From an uncultured Bacillota bacterium (lineage in GTDB: Bacteria > Bacillota_I > Bacilli_A > RFN20 > CAG-826): a stretch of 64,000 nucleotides of DNA. Position numbers and translations under genes: made by a program. The notes under the pieces were generated by a model that ran no database searches, was not told where the DNA came from, and saw only the letters and a list, made by a program, of their open reading frames with translations. The DNA lies in the NCBI GenBank assembly GCA_949293555.1, contig CASFDV010000002.1, positions 106,210-170,209 of the forward strand. The letters are read 5' to 3'. Below, in pieces: positions 63,827 through 64,000 of the stretch. How positions within the stretch are numbered: the first letter of the stretch is position 1; each line of letters starts with the position of its first letter.

Positions 63827-64000
63827 ATGGGCGGGGGAGTCTTCAAGAATGAATTCGCGAACCATCCGGACCTTGCGGAGGACGCGGGGGACTATGCTGA
63901 CCGTCATAAGGGGGCGAAGGAAGCGCTTGAGGAGGCGAAGGACTCCAACAACAAGACGGGAACCCTTGAGGCTGAGGATCCCAATTCCGCGACCAAGGAG
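63827..64000 (+). CDS. Hypothetical acidic protein (partial, N-terminal 58 aa; continues past the window edge)
   Basis: ATG 63827 with AAAGGAGGAAAA RBS, 1 nt after the DUF4417 stop; MGGGVFKNEFANHPDLAEDAGDYADRHKGAKEALEEAKDSNNKTGTLEAEDPNSATKE…. Confidence 0.45.
   Translation, partial: MGGGVFKNEFANHPDLAEDAGDYADRHKGAKEALEEAKDSNNKTGTLEAEDPNSATKE

Overview
This window looks like a chromosomal segment from a Bacillota (Firmicutes) organism with high GC content, about 60% by eye. That assignment rests on Bacillus-type markers and gene order: RNase Y with YmdB, YhaM, RecU, DnaD, GpsB, RNA polymerase delta subunit, pgsA-cinA-recA, dnaD-nth opposite recU, and a type-B RNase P RNA. Most of the window is core housekeeping. 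There are four accessory or poorly characterised stretches. First, a TetR-controlled FtsX/ABC pair at the 5' end. Second, an islet at about 4.6-9.6 kb holding a 51-aa ORF, an iteron-like repeat array, an AAA ATPase, a 351-aa ORFan, a (CT)10 microsatellite and an acidic lipoprotein. Third, two large lipoprotein genes at 17.9-21.9 kb. Fourth, DUF951 followed by two tandem MacB-like fused ABC transporters at 48.6-53.7 kb, and an AT-rich junction followed by a DUF4417 gene at the 3' end. Three RNA features invisible to the ORF track were found by eye: tRNA-Leu(UAG), an FMN riboswitch ahead of a RibU-like ECF transporter S component, and RNase P RNA (rnpB). No transposase, integrase or CRISPR array was seen. 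The ORF track omits ORFs that run off the window ends (partial FtsX permease at 1..1320 on the minus strand, partial ORF at 63827..64000) and ORFs under 60 aa. Many long antisense ORFs are high-GC artefacts and were discarded. Start codons were refined by hand where a Shine-Dalgarno sequence made it possible. No similarity searches were run, so all family assignments come from motif recognition.
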